From positions 7,409-71,408 of the forward strand of contig JAZLKR010000040.1 of assembly GCA_045597705.1 (NCBI GenBank): a stretch of 64,000 bases of DNA, in the 5' to 3' direction. The position numbers were made by a program, and so were the translations under genes. The notes beneath the pieces are model-generated. The model did not search any database and was not told where the DNA came from. It saw nothing but the letters and a program-made list of their open reading frames with translations. The DNA comes from Acetatifactor sp. (GTDB lineage: Bacteria; Bacillota; Clostridia; Lachnospirales; Lachnospiraceae). Positions 48,392-57,977 of this stretch are shown here, in pieces; positions within the stretch are counted from its first letter, which is position 1; every line of letters starts with the position of its first letter.

Positions 48392-49261
48392 TTACTTACC
48401 ATAGAAAATCTGAGCGATAGGAGAATCTGCGCCAAGCATTACGGTCTTGTTGTTGCCCTGCATGGAGATCTTCAGCGCGTCCAGGCTGCGAACGAAGGAG
48501 TAGAACTCCTGCTTTGACTCGTCGCTGTAAGCATCGGAAAGGATCTTCATGTACTCTGCTTCGCCTTCTGCAATTAGGATTTCGGCCTGCTTGTTTGCAT
48601 CGGAGAGCATCACCGCAATCTGCTTGTCGGTAGAGTTACGGATGATCTGTGCCTCGGAATTACCCTTTGCGGTGTAGGTTGCTGCAATGTTGTCACGCTC
48701 GGAAATCATACGCTCGTAAACAGCAGCCTTGTTGTCGCTGGGAAGGTCCAGCTTCTTGGTTTCGAAAGCCAGAAGCTCGATACCGTACTGATCCAGGGAT
48801 GTACCGATGTTGGCGATAACGCTCTGGGAGAGGGTACCGTTTCTGCCGGAGATAACCTCCTCCTGCTTGATGCTGGAGATTACATTCTTGGTAGAGTTGT
48901 AAACGATAGCGTCCAGACGGCTCTCGGCATTGCCGATGGAGCAGTTCAGGGTCTGTGCGAACTTAACGGGATCTACGATGTGCCAGAGAACATAGCTGTC
49001 GCAGATCATGGTCTTTTTGTCGCTGGTAATAACATCGGAAGGAGAAAGGTCGTAGAGAAGAACCTCCTTGGGAAGCTTATCACAGGACTGGATGAAAGGT
49101 GTTTTAAAGGAAATACCTGAGGTTTTTACTACGTGATCGATCTTACCGAACTCACGTACCAGGCTGTACTCGTTTTCTTTGGTGATAACGATAGAGGATG
49201 CACCGAGAATCACGAGAGCTAATAAAATGATTGTTACAATCACGCGTCTTGCTGTTTTCAT
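48392..49261 (-). CDS. hflC: Protease modulator HflC (SPFH)
   Basis: N-terminal TM, ITSDKK, VYERMISER, FYSFVRSL motifs, downstream of hflK. Confidence 0.9.
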   Translation of the reverse strand: MKTARRVIVTIILLALVILGASSIVITKENEYSLVREFGKIDHVVKTSGISFKTPFIQSCDKLPKEVLLYDLSPSDVITSDKKTMICDSYVLWHIVDPVKFAQTLNCSIGNAESRLDAIVYNSTKNVISSIKQEEVISGRNGTLSQSVIANIGTSLDQYGIELLAFETKKLDLPSDNKAAVYERMISERDNIAATYTAKGNSEAQIIRNSTDKQIAVMLSDANKQAEILIAEGEAEYMKILSDAYSDESKQEFYSFVRSLDALKISMQGNNKTVMLGADSPIAQIFYGK

Positions 49262-49279
49262 AAATTAGTGCCTCCTTTC

Positions 49280-50275
49280 TTATTCCGCAGCAGCAGTTGT
49301 TGTTTCAGTGTTGCCGGTGAAGGACTCTAAGGGATAGAAGGTCTGAACCTCGCCGCTTCCGCTTTCGATGACTACCTTCAGTCCGGGAAGAACATCCTCC
49401 ATGGTCTCATAGAACATACGCTCCTTGGTGACTACGGGGTTCTTGATGTACTCCTGATACATTGCATTGAAACGTGCTACCTGAGCGGTTGCTTCGTTGA
49501 TACGCTGGGTTTTCTGCGCCTCAGCGTCCTGGATGACTCTGTCGGCTGCAGCCTGCGCGTTGGGCAGCTGCTCGTTCTCATACTTGTGCGCATTGTTCAG
49601 GGTTGTCTCCATGCCCTGCTTTGCGGTTTCAACAGCCTTGAAGGCTTCCATAACCTGCTGGGTCGGGGGCTCGGAGTCCTGAATGGTGATGTTTACCAGC
49701 TGGATACCGATGTCCTGCTTGGTGAGACGATCCATAATCATTTCCTTAATAGCGGCCTGAATCTCGTTCTTACCTGTGGTCAGGACGCTGTCAACATCGT
49801 AGCTGCCGATGACGGTACGGATACAGCTCTGGCTGACATTTCGAAGAATCTCCAAGGGATTCTCGGAAGCGTACAGAGCCTTTACGGGATCGCTGTAGCG
49901 ATATTCTACATAGAAGTCAACATCAATAAAGTTGAAGTCAGAGGTGATCATCAGTGACTCGTCTTCGTTTGTTGTGTTGTTGGATGCGTTGTAGCCGATT
50001 GCGAAGCCCTGAATGGTGGTGTTAACCTTTCTGACATTCTGTACGAAAGGAATCTTGAAGTGAAGACCGGGGTCTGTCACCGCACTTGCCTTTCCTAATG
50101 TAATCAGCACTGCCTGCTCCTGTTCCTTAATCTCATAGGTGCAGTTCAATGCCAGAATAATAATGATGATAGCGGCGATTACAAAGCCGATGCCCTTGCC
50201 GACACGCTTGCCGGATTTACCCCCGGGCATTGTGGTGAAGCCGTTTCTCATGTTGCGAAAAGAATCTTCTGCCAT
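49280..50275 (-). CDS. hflK: Protease modulator HflK (SPFH)
   Basis: TM, PGLHFKIP, MITSD.N, PP.QV..AF, VTKERMFYETME motifs. Confidence 0.9.
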   Translation of the reverse strand: MAEDSFRNMRNGFTTMPGGKSGKRVGKGIGFVIAAIIIIILALNCTYEIKEQEQAVLITLGKASAVTDPGLHFKIPFVQNVRKVNTTIQGFAIGYNASNNTTNEDESLMITSDFNFIDVDFYVEYRYSDPVKALYASENPLEILRNVSQSCIRTVIGSYDVDSVLTTGKNEIQAAIKEMIMDRLTKQDIGIQLVNITIQDSEPPTQQVMEAFKAVETAKQGMETTLNNAHKYENEQLPNAQAAADRVIQDAEAQKTQRINEATAQVARFNAMYQEYIKNPVVTKERMFYETMEDVLPGLKVVIESGSGEVQTFYPLESFTGNTETTTAAAE

Positions 50276-50459
50276 AATAGTTTCCCTCCTGAATTTGTTG
50301 CAGTGTAAACTGTATATGACACATAATACAGTACAGACTCATAAAATACAATCAAAACAATTGCACTTTAGAATTATTTAATATGCAGTGAAAGAGGTCT
50401 GTTTGGAGAGAAAAAACCATGTTATAATGAAAAAAATATACTTTTTTCAAAAAAAACAC

Positions 50460-50490
50460 TTGACCTTCCACCTTATGGAAGGACTAAAAC
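50460..50490 (+). promoter_or_regulatory. MerR-type promoter/operator
   Basis: TTGACC, 19-bp spacer, weak -10 TAAAAC. The dyad CCTTCCA-cctta-TGGAAGG (50464-50482) overlaps the -35 and fills the spacer. Confidence 0.7.
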
Positions 50491-50524
50491 AGGGGTATCA
50501 AATGTGATTTTGGAGGAAAAAAGT

Positions 50525-51325
50525 ATGAATTTAACAATTTCAAGTGCATTGATTCCGGCAATCGCAGCAGCGATGACAGCAGGTGTTATCATTCCTGTTC
50601 TGTTGGTTTTAATCCTGAAGAAGAAAATCGGCGGTAAGCTGATTCCCTTCTGGCTGGGCTGTGCCACCATGTTTGTGAGTGCCCTGGTGCTGGAGCAGAT
50701 TCTTCATTCCATTGTCTTTACCAGCAAAATCGGACCTGACATTCAGAATAATATCTGGCTCTACGGCTTGTACGGTGCGTTGGCAGCAGCTACCTTTGAA
50801 GAAGTGGGAAGATATATCACCATGCACTTCTTATTAAAGAAATATCACGGAGACAAGACAACCTCTCTTATGTACGGCGCCGGCCATGCGGGATTTGAGT
50901 GTTTCTTCTTATTAGTAGTGAGCATGGCAAACAATCTGATTATCGCAATGATGATTCAGAGCGGCACCGCAGATTTGTTATTCCAGGGGTTGGCTGATGT
51001 ACAGGTGGAGACAGCAAAGGCGCAGATTGCGGCATTGGCTGCAACCCAGCCCATTATGATGCTCGTCAGTGTGATTGAACGACTGATTGCCATCACCGCA
51101 CAGCTTGCGATGTCTGTTGTGATGTGGCAGGCGGCAGCGAAGGGTAAGAAGATCTGCTTCCTGTATTCCTTCCTGTTCCACTTTGCAATGGATTTCACGG
51201 TTGTACTTGTAAACAATTTCTTTGGTGTAGTGGCGGCAGAGATTACTGTTTTCATATTTACAGTGCTGTTTAGTGCTTTCGCAGCATCTATTTATAGGAA
51301 GGAGAAGGCTTTGGAAGCTGCATAA
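50525..51325 (+). CDS. YhfC family intramembrane glutamic/metallo-protease (PrsW/CPBP clan)
   Basis: Multi-TM protein with LEQILH, FEEVGR, GAGHAGFE, IER and FHF..D motifs. Confidence 0.8.
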   Translation: MNLTISSALIPAIAAAMTAGVIIPVLLVLILKKKIGGKLIPFWLGCATMFVSALVLEQILHSIVFTSKIGPDIQNNIWLYGLYGALAAATFEEVGRYITMHFLLKKYHGDKTTSLMYGAGHAGFECFFLLVVSMANNLIIAMMIQSGTADLLFQGLADVQVETAKAQIAALAATQPIMMLVSVIERLIAITAQLAMSVVMWQAAAKGKKICFLYSFLFHFAMDFTVVLVNNFFGVVAAEITVFIFTVLFSAFAASIYRKEKALEAA

Positions 51326-51343
51326 GCGAAGCCTTAAGCAACT

Positions 51344-51985
51344 ATGAAAATTAACCAGGTAGAGGAATTGGTAGGCATTACCAAAAAGAATATCAGGTTC
51401 TACGAGGAGCAGGGACTCTTAAATCCCCAGAGAAATCCGGAGAACGGGTATCGTGAGTACGGACTGGCGGATGTGGAAGTGCTGTATAAGGTTAAGCTTT
51501 TGCGAAAGCTGGCGGTTCCCATTGAGGAAATCAAGGCATTGCTGGAGGACAGACAGCGACTTGATATTTGTATGGAAAATCATCTGGTGCACTTAAATCA
51601 TGAACAGCAGAATCTGGAAATCATGAAGAAGCTCTGCACCGAGCTGATGGAACAGCCCACGGCCTTCTCGGAGCTGGCCGCCACAGACTATCTGGAGAAA
51701 ATGGAACAGCTGGAAAGAGACGGTACGCAGTTTATGGATATTGAGAAGCGAGATGTGCGCAAGAAAAAGCGCGGACCAATCATCGCTGCGATAGCGGTGG
51801 TAGGGTTTATGATTGTGATGCTTGGCCTCTTTTTATGGGGCGAAAGTATAGAGCCGCTTCCCTGGGGAGTGGCAGCAGTGGTGATCGTGTCGTGCATTCT
51901 GCCGATAATCGGGGTGGCAGTTGCATTGGGACAAAGATTAAAAGAGATAGATGGAGGAGAAGAAGATGAAGCTCGTAAGTATTGA
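51344..51985 (+). CDS. MerR family regulator with two C-terminal TM helices
   Basis: MKINQV...GIT..NIRFYEEQGLL.P.R..NGYREY HTH, two hydrophobic helices, tail [16 protein letters not shown]. Confidence 0.88.
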   Translation: MKINQVEELVGITKKNIRFYEEQGLLNPQRNPENGYREYGLADVEVLYKVKLLRKLAVPIEEIKALLEDRQRLDICMENHLVHLNHEQQNLEIMKKLCTELMEQPTAFSELAATDYLEKMEQLERDGTQFMDIEKRDVRKKKRGPIIAAIAVVGFMIVMLGLFLWGESIEPLPWGVAAVVIVSCILPIIGVAVALGQRLKEIDGGEEDEARKY

Positions 51986-52280
51986 TTGTATTCCCGGAAA
52001 ACAGATTGAGGCACTCGGTATCGCAAAGGGTACCGTTGTGCAGTCCAAGAATATCGGACGCGACTTTATGGCAGGTATGAAGACTCTGGTGGGCGGCGAA
52101 ATTGCAGGCTACACCGAGATGCTCAACGAGGCACGCCAGATTGCAACCAAGAGAATGGTAGACGAGGCAACCGCTATGGGCGCCGATGCCATCGTTGGTG
52201 TTCGCTACGGCTCTTCCGCAGTGATGCAGGGCGCAGCTGAGGTTGTGGCTTACGGCACCGCTGTAAAGATTATCGGTTAA
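51966..52280 (+). CDS. YbjQ / UPF0145 family protein
   Basis: [35 protein letters not shown] motifs. Confidence 0.9.
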   Translation: MKLVSIDCIPGKQIEALGIAKGTVVQSKNIGRDFMAGMKTLVGGEIAGYTEMLNEARQIATKRMVDEATAMGADAIVGVRYGSSAVMQGAAEVVAYGTAVKIIG

Positions 52281-52315
52281 TCCGACACCCGAAAAAATAT
52301 ATCATGATTATGCAG

Positions 52316-52343
52316 AGAGCGATGGGAAACCGTCGCTCTTTTT
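52316..52343 (+). terminator. Rho-independent terminator
   Basis: AGAGCGATGG-gaaa-CCGTCGCTCT followed by a T-tract. Confidence 0.75.
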
Positions 52344-52411
52344 GTTGCAGACAGGGGTGCATTCCATATATAATGAAGGGAGTGAGTTACTCGCTTTTGG
52401 GAGGGTTTTCG

Positions 52412-53908
52412 ATGAAAAAATATGTAATGGCCCTGGATCAGGGCACCACAAGTTCGAGATGTATTTTGTTTGATAAGGCGGGCAATATCTGTTCCATGGC
52501 CCAGAAGGAATATACCCAGATTTATCCCCAGCCCGGCTGGGTGGAGCACAATCCCAAGGAAATCTGGTCCTCTCAGCTGGCAGTGGCTATTGAGTGTATG
52601 GCCATGGGCGGCATCGGTGCAGACGAAATTGCTGCCATCGGTATTACCAATCAGCGTGAGACTACCATTATCTGGGACAAGCAGACGGGTGAGCCTGTTT
52701 ACAATGCAATCGTATGGCAGTGCCGCAGAACCTCGGATATGATTGAGGAGCTGAAGAAGGACGGTTTTGATGAGAAGATCCGTGAGAAGACCGGCCTGAT
52801 TCCCGATGCTTACTTCAGTGCATCCAAGATTGCCTGGATTCTCAATCATGTGCCCGGCGTGAGAGAGCGTGCGGAGGCAGGTGAGCTGTTGTTCGGTACC
52901 GTGGACACCTGGCTGATCTGGAATCTGACGAAGGGTGCGGTGCATGTAACAGATTATACCAATGCTTCCCGTACCATGCTGTTTGATATTCACAGACTGC
53001 AGTGGGACGAGGAGATTATGGCGCGTTTCAATATTCCCGCAAGCTTGCTTCCGGAGGTTAAGCCCTCCAGCTGCATTTACGGCTATACCGCAAGCTCCGT
53101 GCTGCAGGGAGAGATTCCCATTTCCGGCGCGGCAGGCGATCAGCAGGCGGCTCTGTTCGGCCAGTGCTGTTTCGAGCCCGGCGATGTAAAGAATACCTAC
53201 GGAACCGGCTGCTTCATGCTGATGAATACCGGCAGTGAGGCGATTTCCTCCAAGGCAGGTCTGCTGACCACCATGGCAGCAGGTGTTGGCGACGAGATTC
53301 AGTATGCACTGGAGGGCAGCGTGTTCGTGGCAGGTGCCAGCGTGCAGTGGCTCCGCGACAGTATGGACATGATTCGCAGCGCAAGCCAGACCGCTGAGTA
53401 CTGCAATCAGGTGGAGGATACCGCAGGTGCTTATATTGTGCCCGCTTTCGCAGGAATGGGCGCACCCTACTGGAATCAGTACGCGAGAGGAACGGTTGTG
53501 GGTCTGACCCGCGGCTGTACCAAGGCGCATTTCATCCGTGCAACGATTGAATCCATCGCATACCAGACAGCAGATGTCATCCGCGCCATGGAGGCAGACA
53601 GCGGTATGACCCTGAATACTTTGAAGGTTGACGGCGGCGCCAGCGCCAACGACTTCCTGATGCAATTCCAGTCCGATATCGTAGACACGCAGGTCAACAG
53701 ACCGAAATGTATTGAGACAACCGCTCTCGGTGCAGCTTACCTGGCCGGTCTGGCTGTAGGCTTCTGGAAGGATAAGGAAGAAATCAGGGAGAACTGGCAG
53801 ATCGGTTCCACCTTCACTCCCAACATGGATGCCGAGAAGAGAGCAGCTCTTTTGAAGGGCTGGAAGAAGGCCGTAAAGTGTGCACTTGTCTGGGCGGAAG
53901 AGGACTAG
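52412..53908 (+). CDS. glpK: Glycerol kinase
   Basis: [48 protein letters not shown] motifs. Confidence 0.96.
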   Translation: MKKYVMALDQGTTSSRCILFDKAGNICSMAQKEYTQIYPQPGWVEHNPKEIWSSQLAVAIECMAMGGIGADEIAAIGITNQRETTIIWDKQTGEPVYNAIVWQCRRTSDMIEELKKDGFDEKIREKTGLIPDAYFSASKIAWILNHVPGVRERAEAGELLFGTVDTWLIWNLTKGAVHVTDYTNASRTMLFDIHRLQWDEEIMARFNIPASLLPEVKPSSCIYGYTASSVLQGEIPISGAAGDQQAALFGQCCFEPGDVKNTYGTGCFMLMNTGSEAISSKAGLLTTMAAGVGDEIQYALEGSVFVAGASVQWLRDSMDMIRSASQTAEYCNQVEDTAGAYIVPAFAGMGAPYWNQYARGTVVGLTRGCTKAHFIRATIESIAYQTADVIRAMEADSGMTLNTLKVDGGASANDFLMQFQSDIVDTQVNRPKCIETTALGAAYLAGLAVGFWKDKEEIRENWQIGSTFTPNMDAEKRAALLKGWKKAVKCALVWAEED

Positions 53909-53987
53909 TGGTTGCGTTTTTGGACGCAAGAGACTAAAATAAAAATGATGTAAAAATCTTGAATAATATAGAACAAGGAGAATGCAT

Positions 53988-55190
53988 ATGTTAGTTCAGA
54001 AGTATAGAGATATGTTATCCGGCAAATCTGTTATCAGACAGATGGCTGAGTTTGCGACAGCAAGAGGAAAAGAGATCGGCTACGAGAATGTTTTTGATTA
54101 CAGCCTCGGCAATCCTTCCGTTCCCGTTCCCCAGGAGTTTACCGACACCATGATTAAGATGCTGCAGACAGAGGCGTCCAGCACTCTGCACGGCTACAGC
54201 CCCAATCCCGGAAATACTTCCGTAAGAGAGAAGGTTGCTGCCTCCCTGGAGAAGAGATTCGGTCTTCCCTACAGAAAGGAGCACATTTTCATGGCTACCG
54301 GCGCTGCAGGTGCTCTGGCACATGCTTTCCGCCTGGTTACCGAGCCCGGAGATGAGATTCTGACCTTCGCTCCCTTCTTCCCTGAGTACACTCCTTATGT
54401 TAACCTGACCGGTGCTACCCTGAAGGTAGTTCCCGCAGACACACAGGCTTTCCAGATTAACTTCGAGAAGTTCGAGGAGATGCTGTCCGAGAAGGTTATG
54501 GCAGTTATGATCAATACGCCCAACAATCCTTCCGGTGTGGTTTACTCTACCGAGACACTGCAGAAGCTGGCTGATACTCTTACCAGAAAGGCAGAGGAGT
54601 TCGGTCATGACATCTTCCTGATTTCCGATGAACCCTACAGAGAGATCGTATTCGACGGTGTGGACGCTCCCTGTGTTTCCAAGTTCTACGACAACACCAT
54701 CATGTGCTACTCCTTCTCCAAGTCTCTTTCCCTTCCCGGCGAGAGAATCGGTTATGTAGCAGTTAATCCCAACTGCAAGTATGCAGAAGAGATGATTATG
54801 ATGTGCGTACAGATTTCCAGAGGAACAGGTCACAACTGTCCTCCTTCCATCATTCAGCTGGCAGTAGCTGAGGTCCTGGATATGACCTCCGACCTGAGCG
54901 TATACGAGACCAACATGAATATCCTGTACGATGAGCTGGTAAAGCTTGGCTTCACTGTTGTACGCCCCGGCGGAACCTTCTATATCTTCCCCAAGGCTCT
55001 GGAAGAGGATGCTAAGATTTTCTGCCAGAAGGCATTGAAGTACGACCTGATTCTGGTACCCGGCGACTCCTTCGGCGCTCCCGGCTACTTCAGAATGGCT
55101 TACTGTATTGACACTGACAAGGTAAAGAGATCCCTGCCCGCACTCAGAAGATTTGTAAAGGAAGAGTACGGCGTAGAGGTTGCTGAATAA
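53988..55190 (+). CDS. PLP-dependent class I/II aminotransferase (aspartate aminotransferase-like)
   Basis: NTPNNPSG, SDEPY, SFSKSLSLPGERIG motifs. Confidence 0.92.
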   Translation: MLVQKYRDMLSGKSVIRQMAEFATARGKEIGYENVFDYSLGNPSVPVPQEFTDTMIKMLQTEASSTLHGYSPNPGNTSVREKVAASLEKRFGLPYRKEHIFMATGAAGALAHAFRLVTEPGDEILTFAPFFPEYTPYVNLTGATLKVVPADTQAFQINFEKFEEMLSEKVMAVMINTPNNPSGVVYSTETLQKLADTLTRKAEEFGHDIFLISDEPYREIVFDGVDAPCVSKFYDNTIMCYSFSKSLSLPGERIGYVAVNPNCKYAEEMIMMCVQISRGTGHNCPPSIIQLAVAEVLDMTSDLSVYETNMNILYDELVKLGFTVVRPGGTFYIFPKALEEDAKIFCQKALKYDLILVPGDSFGAPGYFRMAYCIDTDKVKRSLPALRRFVKEEYGVEVAE

Positions 55191-55212
55191 TATTTGAAGG
55201 GGTACGGAAAAG

Positions 55213-56118
55213 ATGCTTGAGGTATTAAAAGCGATTATTTACGGTATTGTAGAGGGTATCACGGAATGGCTTCCCATCAGCAGTACCGGTCACTTGATTC
55301 TTGTGGAACAGCTGATTCCCTTTAAGGGCACCAGCGAGAACTTCTTCGAAATGTTCGATGTGGTCATTCAGCTGGGCGCGATTATGGCGGTTGTGGTTAT
55401 TTTCTGGTTTAAGATATGGCCCTTCTACAAGAAAGGCAATATGGCCATGAAAAAGGGCGGCATTAAGAAGTCCGAAAAGGACTTCACACTCGGCAATTTC
55501 GCCATGAGTATGGACGCCTTCTGGATGTGGGTTAAGATTGTGGTTGCATGTCTTCCCGCAGTTATCTACGGCGTGATTTTTGACGATATGGTTGAAGCAG
55601 CCTTTGCAAAGCCTGTCGGCGAAGCAGGTGCTACCATCAAAACTCTCATTGTTGCACTGATGCTGATTATTGTAGGTATTCTCTTCATTATTATAGAAAG
55701 AAGAAACAAGGACCGCGTGCCCAATGTAAAGAGTATTTCCGGTATCACCTATCAGGCAGCACTGATTATCGGCTGTGCACAGCTTGTGGCTGCAGCCCTT
55801 CCCGGAACCTCCCGTTCCGGCGCGACCATTCTGGCTGCCATTATGATTGGTATCTCCAGAAAGACCGCTGCGGAGTTCACCTTCTTCCTGGGAATTCCAG
55901 TTATGTTCGGTGCCAGCCTGTTAAAGATTCTGAAGTTCGGTTTTGCTTTTACCGGTCTGGAGCTGGCAGTTCTGCTGGTAGGAACTCTGGTTTCCTTCGT
56001 GGTATCCATGTTCATCGTGAGAGCGCTGATGGGCTTTATCAAGAAGCATGATTTCCAGGTATTCGGCTGGTATCGAATCGCTCTCGGAATCGTTGTTCTG
56101 CTCTACATTTTCCTTTAA
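55213..56118 (+). CDS. uppP: Undecaprenyl-diphosphate phosphatase
   Basis: EGITEWLPISSTGH, IQLGA, PGTSRSGAT, FGWYR motifs. Confidence 0.95.
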   Translation: MLEVLKAIIYGIVEGITEWLPISSTGHLILVEQLIPFKGTSENFFEMFDVVIQLGAIMAVVVIFWFKIWPFYKKGNMAMKKGGIKKSEKDFTLGNFAMSMDAFWMWVKIVVACLPAVIYGVIFDDMVEAAFAKPVGEAGATIKTLIVALMLIIVGILFIIIERRNKDRVPNVKSISGITYQAALIIGCAQLVAAALPGTSRSGATILAAIMIGISRKTAAEFTFFLGIPVMFGASLLKILKFGFAFTGLELAVLLVGTLVSFVVSMFIVRALMGFIKKHDFQVFGWYRIALGIVVLLYIFL

Positions 56119-56296
56119 AAAGTAAAGAAAAAACGGAATAATAAGCCTGAAAGAGTCAACATTTTGCAAAAAATGTTGACTTTTTTACTGCGCTGTACTA
56201 ATATGTGCCTTGAAATCGGGGGATTTCATGAAAATAGCAAATGACTATGGTTTCTCATGCATATATATGAAGTATGCAAGAATAGGAGATGAAATT

Positions 56297-56650
56297 ATGG
56301 CAACTAAGAAGACAACAACTAAGGTAGAAGAAGTTAAGGCAGCAGCACCTGCAGTTGAGGCTCCCAAGGCAGCTCCCGCAAAGAAGGCTCCTGCTAAGAA
56401 GGCTCCCGCTAAGAAGGCAGCAGCTCCTGCAAAGAAGGCAGTTAAGGCAGTTACTTCTAAGGTAACCGTTCAGTTCGGTGAGAAGAGCTACTCTCAGGAA
56501 GATCTTGTTAAGATCGCTCAGGATGTTTGGGTTTACGACCTTCAGATGAAGGCTGAGGACCTTGTAAGCGTTGAGCTTTATGTTAAGCCCGAAGAAGGAC
56601 TTACCTACTATGTAATGAACGGTGATGTTACCGGCGCTTTTAATGTTTAA
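56297..56650 (+). CDS. DUF6465-like small protein with a Lys/Ala/Pro-rich N-terminus
   Basis: PAKK repeats, C-terminal VQF...ELYVKPEE...YYV.NG, strongly biased codons, aggag RBS. Confidence 0.75.
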   Translation: MATKKTTTKVEEVKAAAPAVEAPKAAPAKKAPAKKAPAKKAAAPAKKAVKAVTSKVTVQFGEKSYSQEDLVKIAQDVWVYDLQMKAEDLVSVELYVKPEEGLTYYVMNGDVTGAFNV

Positions 56651-56668
56651 TATTTTTTGTAACATTGC

Positions 56669-56703
56669 ACTCCGCTGTATGTAACAATACAGCGGAGTTT
56701 TTT
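56669..56703 (+). terminator. Rho-independent terminator
   Basis: ACTCCGCTGTAT...ATACAGCGGAGT followed by a T-tract. Confidence 0.85.
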
Positions 56704-56828
56704 CTTTTATTTTACCGAAATATGAACTGTATTAAGCTTGTTTTAAATCTATTGACGGTGCGAATCAGCTGTGGTTAAGTATGTTTATTCGAGGTACAAA
56801 GTACCGATTATGAGGGGAGAACCGGTAT

Positions 56829-57695
56829 ATGAAAAGAAAATTATTATGGAAGCTTGCTGTGGGGGCAGCAGTACTTTCCTTGACAGCCTGCGGAGCACAG
56901 CCTGCAGAGACAGTGGAATGCAGCGAGGAAACGGTTGCGGAGAGCAGTGAGATGACTGAGGAGGAAACAGCACCTGCGGAAAGTCAGGCGGAACTTCCTT
57001 TTTTTGTTGTGCAGCAGGAAGTGGATGTGGACGGAGACGGCGAGAATGAAATGATTTATCTGGCTGCGAACCTGATGGACACAGAGTATGTTCTTTCTGT
57101 CAGAAAGAGCAACGGCGATACCATTTTCTTCGATGACGGCGAGCAGAAGTTTATGCTGGAGGATTTAAGCCTGCACACAATTCCTGTGGCTGACGGAAAG
57201 GGTCTCTTCTATATAGAAAGTTCTCTGGGAAGCGACTGGGCGGATTATTGCATTTACGGATATGATGGCGGCGAGGTAAAGTGCTTTGGTGTGCTTGCGG
57301 CTTACATGTACGGAATGGAATGTGATGGTTCCGTGCTGAGTACCTTAAGCGGTATGTACACGATTCAGTCAGATGTCGTTACCAACAGATATGCAATCGA
57401 CTGGAATGCCGGAAAACTGAATTTTATTGAAGAGGAGCATGAGTTCGATGTGCAGAACTGGAATGACGGCGCTTTCGTGACAAGCTCCGTGGAGGAGCTG
57501 ACCCTGCATACGGAGGCAGATGCAAAGTCTGACACGATAGTGCTGAAGCCTCAGAAGGTCAAATTCATCAAGATTGATGCGACCAACAAATGGATTTACA
57601 TCCTCGGTAAGGATGGCAACGGCGGCTGGCTGTATCAGGACGATGACTGGGCGCAGTGGCAGAAGTGTTTTAACGACCTGACATTTTTCGGTTAA
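56829..57695 (+). CDS. Hypothetical lipoprotein
   Basis: Lipobox LTAC, acidic linker, DVDGDGENE loop, C-terminal KWIYI..DG..GWL. Confidence 0.75.
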   Translation: MKRKLLWKLAVGAAVLSLTACGAQPAETVECSEETVAESSEMTEEETAPAESQAELPFFVVQQEVDVDGDGENEMIYLAANLMDTEYVLSVRKSNGDTIFFDDGEQKFMLEDLSLHTIPVADGKGLFYIESSLGSDWADYCIYGYDGGEVKCFGVLAAYMYGMECDGSVLSTLSGMYTIQSDVVTNRYAIDWNAGKLNFIEEEHEFDVQNWNDGAFVTSSVEELTLHTEADAKSDTIVLKPQKVKFIKIDATNKWIYILGKDGNGGWLYQDDDWAQWQKCFNDLTFFG

Positions 57696-57721
57696 TGAAA
57701 ACGAATATATTATATAGAAGC

Positions 57722-57756
57722 AAGGGCATGGGAGAGAAATCTCACATGCCCTTTTT
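57722..57756 (+). terminator. Rho-independent terminator
   Basis: AAGGGCATG.GAGA-gaaa-TCTC.CATGCCCTT followed by a T-tract. Confidence 0.75.
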
Positions 57757-57805
57757 AACGATTCTGAACCGAAAAAGAATTGAAAATGAATTTTTTATAA
57801 AGTCA

Positions 57806-57834
57806 TTGACATTGATAACTGCCGGTGCTATCTT
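57806..57834 (+). promoter_or_regulatory. SigA promoter of the heat-shock operon
   Basis: TTGACA-17bp-TATCTT with TG extension. Confidence 0.8.
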
Positions 57835-57847
57835 ATGTTTATCAGTA

Positions 57848-57874
57848 TTAGCACTCCATTCGATTGAGTGCTAA
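57848..57874 (+). promoter_or_regulatory. CIRCE element (HrcA operator)
   Basis: Exact TTAGCACTC-N9-GAGTGCTAA upstream of hrcA. Confidence 0.98.
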
Positions 57875-57977
57875 TAACGAGCATCTCAGCAGATACTCGT
57901 GCAAGAAGCTTCGCTTCTTGATTGAAATGATTTACTCTACTGCATTTGCGATAAGAAGAAATAAAGGAGGTGTCTGA

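Noticed and set aside
52277-53929. 550-aa ORF antisense to glpK (similar ones lie opposite glgB, ftsH, murB, rapZ and the acidic protein)
   Set aside because: Fully overlaps well-supported genes on the other strand; a typical stop-poor antisense frame.
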